Of a DNA stretch of 64,000 bases, positions 21,592 through 32,468 are shown piece after piece. Source of the stretch: a virus. The position numbers were made by a program, and so were the translations under genes. Location: positions 1-64,000 of IMG/VR virus record IMGVR_UViG_3300031521_000039, one strand, 5' to 3'. Position 1 is the stretch's first letter. Each line of letters opens with the position of its first letter. Below the pieces are notes generated by a model that worked only from the letters and a program-made list of their open reading frames with translations, ran no database searches and was not told where the DNA came from.

Positions 21592-21749
21592 TGGATAATA
21601 ATTTTTGGTTTGGAATAATTAAAGAATATTACAATTTGAGGTTATATACTGCAAGTGATTTAGATTTATTTGTACAAGTAAATTATATTACAGCAGATGA
21701 AAAAGCAACTATTATAGGGACTAATACAACTCAAGCTTCTGCATCATAG
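21591..21749 (+). CDS. XkdX-family protein (52 aa)
   Basis: Translated by hand: IKEYYNLRLY..DLFVQVNYITADEK; SD GGAGG. Confidence 0.8.
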   Translation: MDNNFWFGIIKEYYNLRLYTASDLDLFVQVNYITADEKATIIGTNTTQASAS

Positions 21750-21826
21750 GAAAATTATGTTTACTAAAGATAGATAAAATAATAAACAAAAGATAACTAT
21801 ATTTAAATTTAGAAAGGATAAAAATA

Positions 21827-22531
21827 ATGAATAACTTAAAGAAAATTGGTTTTATATTTTTATTAGGAATGGGAATATTTATAGTAGGAGGAAATACAAA
21901 TAAGGTTTATGCATCTGAAATCACAACATCTAGTAGTGTAGTATTTTATCTAGAATCTAATAATAAAACTGTGGGATTGGACAATACAACAAATGTAAAT
22001 TTATTTATCAATAATGTAACAGGAATAATGGCAGAAGATATTACTATTAGTTACAACACTAATAAATTAGAATATTTAAATGCAAATATAACAGATGGAA
22101 TAAATATAATTCAATCAGTAGTTACAACTAGTGGACAAGTAAGATTTATATTGTCTAGTTATGGTGATGAGAATGTAATAGACTCAACTAAAAATATATT
22201 ACAATTACAATTTAAAACAAAAGAACAAGGCAAGTCAAAAATTCAATTAAATAATTGTAAAATATCTGATGGTATAAATATGGAAAGAAATGTATTAAAA
22301 GAAGAATGTGAAGGAATAGTTATTAAAGTCAATAACGATGTTAATGGAGATGGCGAATTCACATTGTTAGATTTAGCGATTGATTCTAAATATTTGAATG
22401 AGGATGCAATTTCCAATGACGATTATACAACAGATGTAGTAGTTAATGGAAAAACTGATAAAGATGATTTAGATAAAATTTCACAAGAAATTCTTAAAAA
22501 TAAGGATTATTATAATTTTGAGAAAAAATAA
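21827..22531 (+). CDS. secreted cohesin-like + dockerin-like protein
   Basis: Signal peptide ending VYA; IMAEDITISYN..LQFKTK cohesin-like segment; DVNGDGEFTLLDLA and DVVVNGKTDKDDL Ca-binding repeats. Confidence 0.75.
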   Translation: MNNLKKIGFIFLLGMGIFIVGGNTNKVYASEITTSSSVVFYLESNNKTVGLDNTTNVNLFINNVTGIMAEDITISYNTNKLEYLNANITDGINIIQSVVTTSGQVRFILSSYGDENVIDSTKNILQLQFKTKEQGKSKIQLNNCKISDGINMERNVLKEECEGIVIKVNNDVNGDGEFTLLDLAIDSKYLNEDAISNDDYTTDVVVNGKTDKDDLDKISQEILKNKDYYNFEKK

Positions 22532-22720
22532 ATTAATTCACTTTAAAAGAATCATTTTATGGTTAGTTATTAGGTTACTATTTAATTATTATGCAAAGTA
22601 AAGTATGCTAAAAACTTAATTCGTAGTTTATCTATTAACTTATAAATCAATAAGAATTGGTAATTATAAAGACTTGGACGAAATATTTCAAGTCTTTTAT
22701 CATGTAAAAAATAAAATAAA

Positions 22721-23746
22721 TTGAAAGAAGATGATGTGTTAGTGGATAATAAATTAACAGATATAGAAGTGCAAGAATTAATTAAACAATATCCAATAGG
22801 TGTACTAGATAGTCCAATAGATGAAAGAGATTATCTATACGAACCTACTTGTGCAACCCAGCAAGAATTACCTAGTTCATTTTCATTAGACTATAATTAT
22901 CCTATTCTTAATCAAGGTCAAATAGGTAGTTGTGTAGCACATAGTATTGCAGAAATGAAATCATATATTAATGCAGTAGATAATACTAATATATATTCGG
23001 TTGGATTTATATATGCTAATAGAAAAGAAGATGACTTTAGTGGAAATGGATTAATTCCTAGACAAGCTTTATCTAATATCGTATTAGATGGAGATTGTTT
23101 AAATAGTGATTTCCCAATTAATGAAGAATATCCTAGTATATTAAGTACTTTAGATAGATATAACAAAGAACAACTTTTTGAGAAAGCAAGTAAACATAGA
23201 AGTAAAGCATTTGCGAAATTAGAAGTAGAACAAATTAAAGAATATTTAGTTAATCAACAAAAACCTATTTTAATTACTGTAAAAGTATATAGTAGTTTTT
23301 ATCAATCAAGATATGAAAAAGGAATAGTACGAGATGAAACTTATGGAACTTATTTTGGTTCACATGCAATGGTGATTATAGGTTATGATAGTGACACTTT
23401 AAAGATACTAAATAGTTGGGGTGACTTTGGTGATAATGGGTATATTTATTTAAATATCAATAATCCAATTATTAAAGAATTATGGGTATTGGAAGATGAA
23501 AAAATCATTAAGCCAGTTAAGAAGACTTATTGGAGAGTACAAGTTTCAGCTAATAAATTAAAAGAATCAGCAATTGAGGATTGTAATAAATTAGCTACAT
23601 ATGGCATAGATACTTGTCCAGTATTAGTTAATGGATGGTGGAAAGTTCAATGTGGATGTTTTACTAATGAGGAAAATAGGGACAATATTACTAAGAAGTT
23701 AGAAGATTTAGGATATGTAGTTTATATTGAAAAAGTTGAAAAATAA
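22721..23746 (+). CDS. C1A papain-like cysteine peptidase with C-terminal SPOR domain
   Basis: NQGQIGSCVA (Q, C), GSHAMVIIGY (H), LNSWG (N); YWRVQV and WWKVQCG SPOR repeats. Confidence 0.85.
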   Translation: MKEDDVLVDNKLTDIEVQELIKQYPIGVLDSPIDERDYLYEPTCATQQELPSSFSLDYNYPILNQGQIGSCVAHSIAEMKSYINAVDNTNIYSVGFIYANRKEDDFSGNGLIPRQALSNIVLDGDCLNSDFPINEEYPSILSTLDRYNKEQLFEKASKHRSKAFAKLEVEQIKEYLVNQQKPILITVKVYSSFYQSRYEKGIVRDETYGTYFGSHAMVIIGYDSDTLKILNSWGDFGDNGYIYLNINNPIIKELWVLEDEKIIKPVKKTYWRVQVSANKLKESAIEDCNKLATYGIDTCPVLVNGWWKVQCGCFTNEENRDNITKKLEDLGYVVYIEKVEK

Positions 23747-23760
23747 AAGGAGTTGATATA

Positions 23761-24588
23761 ATGTTAGAAATTCAACAACAAATTATTAGTGGCAATAAGA
23801 CTAGAAGAAGTATTCAACCACAATGGTTAGTCGTTCATGATACAGGCGATGAAGGTGCTACTGCACAAAACGAACATGATTATTTTAATGGTGGTGATCG
23901 AGGAGCTAGTGCAGATGTATTTATAGATAGTAATAATATTATTCAAATTATAGATACAGATGAATTCTACAGCTGGGCAATAGGTGATGGAAGGGGTAAA
24001 TATGGAAAAACTAATTCTAATTCTATGAGTTTTGAGATGTCTATTGGAAGTGATGGACAACCCACAGAAACTACTATTCAAAATACATTAGATGCAGTTA
24101 AATATTTTATGAATAAATATAATATTGACATTGATCATGTTGTAACTCATCATGAATGTTCAGATAAGAATTGTCCAGCTTCGTTTAACACAGATGGGAA
24201 TTGGACTAAATGGAATGAATTTAAGAATAGGTTAGCTAATGGTTCTGCTTATAAACAAGGTTGGAATCAAAATTCTAAAGGTTGGTTTTATTGTACAGAT
24301 GTAGATAATAGATATTACTATAAAGATACATGGAAAGAAATAAATTCAGAATGGTATTGTTTTGATTTAGACGGTTATGCAAAACAAAACAATTGGAAAT
24401 TATATCAAAATAAATGGTATTACCTCGATAAAGATTGTAAAATGTCAAAATCAAAATGGATATCATGGAAAGATGAATTTTATTATGCCAATGAAAAAGG
24501 TGAAATGTTAACTAATTGTTTTACGCCTGATAATTATTGGGTAGATTTAGATGGTTCATGGAACAACAGAGCAAAAGGAATTAAATAA
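23761..24588 (+). CDS. endolysin: N-acetylmuramoyl-L-alanine amidase (Amidase_2) with cell-wall-binding repeats
   Basis: VVHDTG, SFE, THHECSDKNCP; C-terminal KWYY repeats. Confidence 0.9.
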   Translation: MLEIQQQIISGNKTRRSIQPQWLVVHDTGDEGATAQNEHDYFNGGDRGASADVFIDSNNIIQIIDTDEFYSWAIGDGRGKYGKTNSNSMSFEMSIGSDGQPTETTIQNTLDAVKYFMNKYNIDIDHVVTHHECSDKNCPASFNTDGNWTKWNEFKNRLANGSAYKQGWNQNSKGWFYCTDVDNRYYYKDTWKEINSEWYCFDLDGYAKQNNWKLYQNKWYYLDKDCKMSKSKWISWKDEFYYANEKGEMLTNCFTPDNYWVDLDGSWNNRAKGIK

Positions 24589-24636
24589 ATTAATATAAAA
24601 ATATAATAGTTATGCTACTTAAAAGGCAAAAGGAGT

Positions 24637-25443
24637 ATGATAATTATGGATAATCAATTATTAAATCAAACTTTGGGTGCTATTATTTCAATAGTACAAA
24701 TATTATTACCACTAGGTAGTGCTTTTTATGGTTTTTATAAAGTAGGTGGTGTGAAATTTATTAAATCTAAAATAGGATTAATTAGTGACTCAAGAACAAG
24801 AGATTTAGTTAATGCTGGGTTTGATAGAATTGTAGACTTGCTTGATACAGAAATTACTAATGCAGAATCTACTGCAAAACCATTAATTCTACAAAAAATA
24901 GCTGAGGGACAATTAAATAAAGATAGCTTAAAAGATATTGGTGTTGAAGTAGCTAAATCAGTAATGAGTCAATTGCCAGAAAAAACTATAAATTTACTAC
25001 AACAAGAAGTAAATGATGTTAGTGTTTATGTAAATAAAAAATTAGAACAACGTCTTGATAAACTAAAACAAGATTCAAATAGTGGAGTATCTAAAACTAT
25101 TTTACCAGAAGTAATCACTCCTATAGTTGATACAACTGAATTAGAAAATAAGAATATAGAACTTACTAACAAGAATTCAACTCTTAGTGATGAAGTTAAT
25201 GATTTACAAAATGCTAATTTGCAACTTACTCAAAATTCAGAACAAGTACAAACTGAAAAAGATAATTTATTAGCACAAGTAAATCAATTACAAGCTAAGT
25301 TAGATACTATAAATAATGCAATAGCTACTGCAAATATAAGTAATAATGTAACTGTTGGTGGTATTATAGTTAATAGTAATGACGCAACTAATTTAGTAAA
25401 TAATATTACTGATATTACTAGTCAATCATTTACAATGCAATAA
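24637..25443 (+). CDS. holin-like (LL-H type) membrane protein with C-terminal coiled coil
   Basis: N-terminal TM, directly after endolysin. Confidence 0.55.
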   Translation: MIIMDNQLLNQTLGAIISIVQILLPLGSAFYGFYKVGGVKFIKSKIGLISDSRTRDLVNAGFDRIVDLLDTEITNAESTAKPLILQKIAEGQLNKDSLKDIGVEVAKSVMSQLPEKTINLLQQEVNDVSVYVNKKLEQRLDKLKQDSNSGVSKTILPEVITPIVDTTELENKNIELTNKNSTLSDEVNDLQNANLQLTQNSEQVQTEKDNLLAQVNQLQAKLDTINNAIATANISNNVTVGGIIVNSNDATNLVNNITDITSQSFTMQ

Positions 25444-25673
25444 ATAAATTAATAACTTAAAACAATTAATTTATTGGGATTTGAAAGGCTTAGGGATTAT
25501 TCTCTAGGTCTTTTATTATATGGTTATACTCTACGAGGTTTTCATGCTTACGCATGATTTGTTATTTCCAATCAAAGATTTTCATAACAAAAATTTATTT
25601 TATTATTTTAATGGTGTTCATCTATATGGTGAATAACTAAAAATAATTATTATCAAAAGGAGTGTATTAAATT

Positions 25674-25961
25674 ATGAAAACAGTATTTAGTTATAAGGAT
25701 TTAGGATTAGCTTCCTATATTATTACTAATGGAAATGACTTCAAAGGAATAGAAATTAAGTATTCCAAAAGGTTTAATGAATTTAAAATATATGTTCAAG
25801 TAGAAGGTGAAAAAGAACAATTAATTAAAATGAAAAATTACTATGAAGAAAATAAAATAATGATAAATAAAACCAAAATAATACAAGACATGATTATAGT
25901 CCTATCGGACAAAGTAGAAAGAATTCTGAAGAATGAAGAAGACAACAGTATTGAAAGCTAG
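25674..25961 (+). CDS. hypothetical protein (DUF5659-like)
   Basis: KDLGLASYI N-terminus; SD AGGAG. Confidence 0.6.
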   Translation: MKTVFSYKDLGLASYIITNGNDFKGIEIKYSKRFNEFKIYVQVEGEKEQLIKMKNYYEENKIMINKTKIIQDMIIVLSDKVERILKNEEDNSIES

Positions 25962-26062
25962 TTATAGCCTAGAGTAAATTGACATACAAAGTTAACTATC
26001 GGACATACCTGTCATTAAGTTGGACATGGACGTCCTAATTGAGAAGGAGGTGCATTTAAATT

Positions 26063-26710
26063 ATGCAAGAAATAGAAATATCAGATTATATAAAAGAATT
26101 AAATAGCCAGTTTATAGAAACTATAGGTGGTTCATATTGTAAAATAAGTACTGGAGAACTGTTTACACAAACTGAGGTAAATAAATATGTAAAATTAAAA
26201 ATAGAAGAATATAATACTTTGTATATTGCATCAGTTAGAAGTATAGCAGATAAAGAAGGTATAAATTTAGATCAGCATTTAATTAATAACAGAAGTAAAA
26301 AGAAAACTAATAAGAAATTAAAAGAAAGATATGATGGTGGAGAATTTAATATGGTATATAGAGAAAGGTTAGGTGATATTATGGCTTTAAAATTAAATGC
26401 TACAGAAAAGGGAGTATGGTACTCTTTAGGAGAATTATGTACATATCCTACTAATACAGTTATGATTGGTGGTAATATCCCTTCTTTTGAAGATATATCA
26501 GTTTATATTGGGATGTCAGAAAGGAATCTAAGAAGATATTTAAAGATTCTTGAAGATAAAAACTTAATGAAAACAAGTCAATGTGGTTACAAAAAATCTA
26601 TAGTAATTAATCCTGAATATTATGCTACAGGAAAAGAATTAGATATTGATACTTTGAAACTGTTTAATTTAGTTGAATGTGATGATAATAAAATAAATGA
26701 GAACTTGTAA
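26063..26710 (+). CDS. RepL-like winged-helix replication/maintenance protein
   Basis: C-term ISVYIGMSERNLRRYLKILEDKNL..IVINPEYY. Confidence 0.6.
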   Translation: MQEIEISDYIKELNSQFIETIGGSYCKISTGELFTQTEVNKYVKLKIEEYNTLYIASVRSIADKEGINLDQHLINNRSKKKTNKKLKERYDGGEFNMVYRERLGDIMALKLNATEKGVWYSLGELCTYPTNTVMIGGNIPSFEDISVYIGMSERNLRRYLKILEDKNLMKTSQCGYKKSIVINPEYYATGKELDIDTLKLFNLVECDDNKINENL

Positions 26711-26730
26711 ATAAATTAAAAATAAAAGGA

Positions 26731-27861
26731 GTGTATTTAATTATGCAAAATAAGATAATTGATTGTGGAATATATAAAATTATAAATAAGACAAATGGTA
26801 AACTTTATGTCGGTAGTAGTAAACATATTCATCAAAGATGGGACGAACATAAAGAAATGTTAGTAAATAATAGACATCATTCTATAAAACTTCAAAGAGC
26901 GTGGAATAAGTATGGCAAAGATAATTTTAAGTTTGATATAATTCAAGAGTGTAAAGAAAGTGAATTACTAGATGTTGAGCAAAGATGGATAGATGAATTA
27001 GATTCATTTAAAAATGGTTATAACTGTACCAATGATACAAAAAATCCATTTAAAGAATATGATAAAACCAATAAAGAAGAAACCTTGGAAAAGTATCATA
27101 ATATATTACTAGAAATGAAGCAAGGAATTTACTTAATAATTACTGAAAAAGCATATTATGAAAGAATGTTAGAAAAAACAAATAAGAAAACATATGACTA
27201 TAAAAGAATAGCCACTATTATGTATTGGTTTAAAACTAATTTTGATATTACTAAATATATTTTATATATAGATATTAAGGGTAAAAAGACAACAAATATA
27301 AATATACAAATATGGGATATGAAACAAAACAAATGTTTATATGATTACATAGAAAAAACTAAAACAATATATTATATAGGAACTGTATTAAAAGGAAGAA
27401 GTGAAATAATAGACAATACATTTAAAATTGATAAAGAAAATCCATTTTATAAATATAATTACATAGGAAAAACCTTTATCTTAGACATGGACAATATAAC
27501 TTATTTAGCAAAAGATGATGTCAAATTATATTTTGAGTATATTTATAATAGAAATGCTTGTGAGTTGCATTTTAAAAGTAGCAAAGCTGGAAAAGTTACA
27601 TTTGATGACGAAATAAGAATGGAGTATACAAATTATATTGATATATTAAAAACTATTTATATAGAACAATATAAAAATGTAAAAATTATAATAAACGAAA
27701 TATTACAAAATTTATATAATATTGTTTTAGATAAGAACCAAATAAAATCCGTAGAACAAAATTTAAAAAAATATAAAATATATGGGGAGTTAAAGAGTAT
27801 CTGCAAAGAATACAATTATAAATATAAAACATCAAAAGGCACTATTGTTATCTATAATTAA
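26731..27861 (+). CDS. GIY-YIG endonuclease
   Basis: CGIYKIINKTNGKLYVGSS..RWDEH..GYN. Confidence 0.85.
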   Translation: MYLIMQNKIIDCGIYKIINKTNGKLYVGSSKHIHQRWDEHKEMLVNNRHHSIKLQRAWNKYGKDNFKFDIIQECKESELLDVEQRWIDELDSFKNGYNCTNDTKNPFKEYDKTNKEETLEKYHNILLEMKQGIYLIITEKAYYERMLEKTNKKTYDYKRIATIMYWFKTNFDITKYILYIDIKGKKTTNINIQIWDMKQNKCLYDYIEKTKTIYYIGTVLKGRSEIIDNTFKIDKENPFYKYNYIGKTFILDMDNITYLAKDDVKLYFEYIYNRNACELHFKSSKAGKVTFDDEIRMEYTNYIDILKTIYIEQYKNVKIIINEILQNLYNIVLDKNQIKSVEQNLKKYKIYGELKSICKEYNYKYKTSKGTIVIYN

Positions 27862-27904
27862 TAATTACATAGTAAACAAATTAATATAACAAGGGGTAAT
27901 TAAA

Positions 27905-28207
27905 ATGAGTGGAGTATACATAATTAAAAATTTAAATAAATCTACTGAGGACAAGCTTTTCATGAAGATAGGATGCTCAAAAGATATAAATAAAAGATTT
28001 TCTCAGATAAAAAGTAGTCATCGTTTTAATGGCAACTTAGATGAATTACAAATATATAAAATAATAGAATGTAAATCATATATGAAATTAGAAAAAATAA
28101 TTCATCAAATAATGAAAAGCAGACAAATAACTAATGAATGGTATTTTACAGAACAAAGTTTTTTAGAAGGTAGACTAGCTATGGTTGATTTATCAAGATA
28201 CAATTAA
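27905..28207 (+). CDS. GIY-YIG (T5orf172-like) nuclease domain protein
   Basis: GVYII..KIGCSKDINKRF..LEKIIH..NEWY. Confidence 0.75.
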   Translation: MSGVYIIKNLNKSTEDKLFMKIGCSKDINKRFSQIKSSHRFNGNLDELQIYKIIECKSYMKLEKIIHQIMKSRQITNEWYFTEQSFLEGRLAMVDLSRYN

Positions 28208-28255
28208 TAAATTAATAGAATAATAAAAGAGATTAGATTTATATTTCTAATCTCC

Positions 28256-28426
28256 TTATCTACTTAAAGTATATATAAAACATAATATTACATATTCAAG
28301 CAAATCTTTATTTGCTATATTTTTATGTTTTATAAAATGCTTATTGACTAAAATAATTGTGTAAATAATCATCCCTATGGATGAAATAACTTTTAATACA
28401 GTATTTGTAGCGGTTAAATATTCCAT
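28256..28426 (-). CDS. 56-aa two-TM membrane protein (moron)
   Basis: SD GAGGTG before ATG 28426; two hydrophobic stretches. Confidence 0.6.
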   Translation of the reverse strand: MEYLTATNTVLKVISSIGMIIYTIILVNKHFIKHKNIANKDLLEYVILCFIYTLSR

Positions 28427-28606
28427 AACATCACCTCTAATATTATTATTTACTATTAGTATTGATGTTATACATACTTTAAAATTCATCATTTATAAAT
28501 AGTTATATTTGTGGTGCTTATCTAATAGGTAAGTAACTAAATACAACTAACGAATGTGATACGTAGGCATTCGGAGTAATTTAAAAAACAGAAAGGATGA
28601 TTTATA

Positions 28607-28918
28607 ATGGCAAATATTTTATACGATGTATATCAAGGGGATAATTACGATCCAAATAGTAAGAAATATGAAATAACTGTAACAGTAGATGATGAAATAG
28701 ATTCAACTACAATAAATACAATACTTCCTAATAACGGAGAAAGGTATAAAACCGTTTCAGGATTAGCATTTCTTCCCACAGATTCATCAGCAACAATTTA
28801 TACTCCAACAAAAATGATAGTAGCTTCATTTGTAGCAGAATTTGGAACAGGGATAAATATAACTACAGGATATAAAGATGGAACATGGAAAATTTTAGCT
28901 TCAGTAGCATTTAAGTAA
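28607..28918 (+). CDS. hypothetical protein, first gene of second structural cluster
   Basis: SD AAAGGA. Confidence 0.7.
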   Translation: MANILYDVYQGDNYDPNSKKYEITVTVDDEIDSTTINTILPNNGERYKTVSGLAFLPTDSSATIYTPTKMIVASFVAEFGTGINITTGYKDGTWKILASVAFK

Positions 28919-28947
28919 AATAAATTATGAAAGGATGGTGATAAATT

Positions 28948-31900
28948 ATGATGTCAGACAATAAGATAATTGCATTAATACAGGGGTTATCAGAACAAGT
29001 TTCTGCACAATTCAATGGAGTAGGAATTAAATCAATGATATTTGTTGATCCCAATATATTTAGATTCACATTAAATGATGCTTCTAGCACAGTTTCAGAT
29101 GTAGTTGTCGCAGATTTTAATAATTTTACAAATAAAGAAAAAGCTATAGTAAATAAATTATTAGGATTATATTCTGCAAATAAAAAAGATACCTATATAG
29201 GTGGCGATTTACAGTTATATCCTGTTCAAGGATTTAATCAAACAAATAACAATAAATCATTTACTATTTTATCTAGTAATTTTACAAAAGTTTCGGAGGA
29301 TGAATATTATATAGATGTGATACATGGTTTAAATGACTTAAATTGCATACCTACAATTGTAAATAATAATAATGAAGGTTGCACAGAAGGTTGGAAATAT
29401 GAAGATGCTGATACAATAAGAATAACTTCTACATCTCCATTTCAAGGACGTTGCGTCGTAAATTACAGTTCAAGTAATGGACAAAGATTAGATAATATTT
29501 CATGTGTTAAATCTAGTTATATTTTTGAAAGCAATATAGAAAGAGATGATTACTTCAGTGCAAATATGAATTTTTTACAAAACGGACTCGTTGTTATAGT
29601 CAATGATGGAACAACTAAAACTTTATATACTTGGGAAGGAATAGATAGTCCACAAGGATTATATCTTCCAAGTTCATGGTCGGATAGTACTGCATTGATA
29701 AAAGGCGAAAAAGGTATAGGTTTAAAACCTAAACACAAATTTGAGAACAATAAATTATATTTCGAAAATTCAGATGGAACTTTTGATGAAGGTTTAGTTT
29801 TATATGGGAACATAGATAAAAGTAATTTTACAGAGTTTTTAAAGGATTTCGAAGGAAACAATCTAGACGACCTTACTTTGTACTTAGACACGCACAAAGA
29901 ATTTCTTAATGGAATATTTATTGGCGATGAGAAATCAGAAGGTTCTTTTAAAATAGTAACAAATAATAGTAAATTAGAATATCAAAGATTGGAAAACGGA
30001 ATATGGAAAACTATTGGGATTATTGGTTCTTATACTACAGATGTAATTAATTTAGATTCGGCTTATAGTACAGTTAACTTTAAAACACCTACAAGAGATT
30101 TAAACTTAGCAAGAATCACAACTGATGGAAATTCAATACAAGTAGGAGACGTGAGACTAGATAGATTAATATTATCTGGGAAAGAAGTATATTCACAAAA
30201 AATAGAAAGCACAAACACATCTCATAATTATATAGTTAATAACGATACTAGTATAACACAATCGGTTACTGATTGGGAATTTACTATAAATATACCATCT
30301 CAAAACAATTATAGTTATTATGCACTATATGCGGTTGATACAGATAATACTACTACTGGATATTATAAGTATACAATTACAGACGTGTTAACTGGAAATT
30401 TAGTATACTATAGTGGTTCACCTTTTGAGTTAAAACAAGGATTAACGTATAAATTTACAACTACAGGATTACATACAGAAACATTACCTAAATTAGTACA
30501 TTTAACTTGTGGAAGACAATATAAAATAACTTTTACTGCACAAAATTCAATTGGATTTAAAGGTGGATTAATTGGAGGACAATTTAAACCATATTGTGTT
30601 TTAAAATATTATTTTGCAGAAGAAGATAAATTATTGTCCAAAGGTGATGTAACAGATAGCGTTTCTTCGAATAATTCAGCTACTATTGCAAGTTCAAAAG
30701 CAGTTTATACTTTATCTCAAGCTATAAATAGTATAAGTGGTGGAATGAGTCCAATCATACCAATTTCATGTGAGGATTTCTCTGCTTTAGAAAAAGGGAT
30801 TAATGGTACTCATTATATTTTAACTAATGATGGTGCTATTAATGGTGAAACTGTGCATAAATTTGATAATATATTTATGGTTAATACTTTTGACAGTAGA
30901 GCCATTATAACAACTGACTATGTATTAATTCCTGTAAATAGTAATTCTAAAGGTAATATATTTATTACTAATATTGAACCTGTTAACGGTGGGAAAAGCG
31001 TAATAAAAACAATGAATAATTATCCAAATGAAGATTCTTTATTATCTGCAATGAGTGATGATAACAGCTATAAAGTGACAATTGAATGGGATAGAGGAGA
31101 AGAGTATTGTGGACAACCAACTGTAAATGGTAAAGATGTAATTGGAATTACCAATAAAGCTGGTGGGACATTTACAGGTTATATTATTTTAAATTCTACA
31201 GATATAATTAGTAATAAAATAACATCTACTTTAAATTTAAATATATATACTATAGCTTTTTCTATAATTACGCCTCCTTCAATATCATCAATTACTTTTG
31301 GAAGTTTACCTAATAGTCAAACAGAATTAAAAGTAGGCGATACTATGAATGTAACAGTTGTAGCAGATAAACCTTTTGATACAATTGAATTTCAAGATAT
31401 AGGAGCTTTTCAATATCAAACTATAAATGTAACAAGTAATACAACCGTAACAGTAAATGGTGTAATAGCTAATCGTGGCATTACTTTACAAAATTTAAAA
31501 GCATCAATTAGAGTTAAAAGTACAGAAGGCTCTTGGAGTGGAATAACTGAAAGCATAGATACATTACCTTTAAATAATATAAAACCTAGCATTGCATTAG
31601 TAAGTAAAACATTTTCTAGTGGATTTAGTGCATTGAAAAATTCAGAAACATGTATAGTGCAAGTATCTTCAATAGATTGTGATACTTTGATTTCAAGTGC
31701 AATCGGAACAGAATTAAATGTTGAAACAATGAGTGGTAATAGTTGTACTGTAACTAGATTAAGTGGAGATTATAATGATTTAATCGCAAACTTAAAAATA
31801 ACAGGAACTAGAATAAATAATGGAGCTACTAATTATTTAGATATTTGTGTAGAGATTGCAAATGTGTTACCTAGTTTAGCCACTTCTATAACAAAGATAA

Positions 31901-32415
31901 GAACTGGAGAAACAAAGAATATTAATTGTCTATTTAATCAAAAAGTTATTATAAATGCGAGTACTATAGCTACTCCAAATTATGGTACACTAAATACTGG
32001 AATATTACCAACTAGTATTTATAGTACAACATATAATCCATCTATATCTATAGTTGATGGTGATATACATAGTGATGTGTTGAGAGACTTAACATTAACT
32101 GTAAAAAATATGGCTGGATTAACAGCAACCTTGGTAAATATTTATAAGATTCGTGGATTTATGAGAAAAACAATAACATTGACATATCCAATATTAACTG
32201 CGACTGTACCAACAATTGTTGATATGAATAGTTTGGTTGTTTCAGGAACTATAAATTCAGTTCCACCTTACAATATATGTACACAAATGGTAGCAACACC
32301 TACAGTAGTATCTGATTATAATATTACTGATACAACATTAACTATACCAAGTGCTACATATATGTTCAATTATAATAATTCAAATAATATAACTGTATTA
32401 ATAGAAGAGTTGTAA
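28948..32415 (+). CDS. large beta-rich virion/fibre-like protein
   Basis: 1155 aa, Thr/Ser/Asn-rich; DSVSSNNSATIASSKAVYTL fibre motif; Ig-like C-terminal half. Confidence 0.6.
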   Translation: MMSDNKIIALIQGLSEQVSAQFNGVGIKSMIFVDPNIFRFTLNDASSTVSDVVVADFNNFTNKEKAIVNKLLGLYSANKKDTYIGGDLQLYPVQGFNQTNNNKSFTILSSNFTKVSEDEYYIDVIHGLNDLNCIPTIVNNNNEGCTEGWKYEDADTIRITSTSPFQGRCVVNYSSSNGQRLDNISCVKSSYIFESNIERDDYFSANMNFLQNGLVVIVNDGTTKTLYTWEGIDSPQGLYLPSSWSDSTALIKGEKGIGLKPKHKFENNKLYFENSDGTFDEGLVLYGNIDKSNFTEFLKDFEGNNLDDLTLYLDTHKEFLNGIFIGDEKSEGSFKIVTNNSKLEYQRLENGIWKTIGIIGSYTTDVINLDSAYSTVNFKTPTRDLNLARITTDGNSIQVGDVRLDRLILSGKEVYSQKIESTNTSHNYIVNNDTSITQSVTDWEFTINIPSQNNYSYYALYAVDTDNTTTGYYKYTITDVLTGNLVYYSGSPFELKQGLTYKFTTTGLHTETLPKLVHLTCGRQYKITFTAQNSIGFKGGLIGGQFKPYCVLKYYFAEEDKLLSKGDVTDSVSSNNSATIASSKAVYTLSQAINSISGGMSPIIPISCEDFSALEKGINGTHYILTNDGAINGETVHKFDNIFMVNTFDSRAIITTDYVLIPVNSNSKGNIFITNIEPVNGGKSVIKTMNNYPNEDSLLSAMSDDNSYKVTIEWDRGEEYCGQPTVNGKDVIGITNKAGGTFTGYIILNSTDIISNKITSTLNLNIYTIAFSIITPPSISSITFGSLPNSQTELKVGDTMNVTVVADKPFDTIEFQDIGAFQYQTINVTSNTTVTVNGVIANRGITLQNLKASIRVKSTEGSWSGITESIDTLPLNNIKPSIALVSKTFSSGFSALKNSETCIVQVSSIDCDTLISSAIGTELNVETMSGNSCTVTRLSGDYNDLIANLKITGTRINNGATNYLDICVEIANVLPSLATSITKIRTGETKNINCLFNQKVIINASTIATPNYGTLNTGILPTSIYSTTYNPSISIVDGDIHSDVLRDLTLTVKNMAGLTATLVNIYKIRGFMRKTITLTYPILTATVPTIVDMNSLVVSGTINSVPPYNICTQMVATPTVVSDYNITDTTLTIPSATYMFNYNNSNNITVLIEEL

Positions 32416-32468
32416 AATACTCTTCTATTTCTTATGAAATAAATTAATAAAGAAAGGAATGAGATTTT

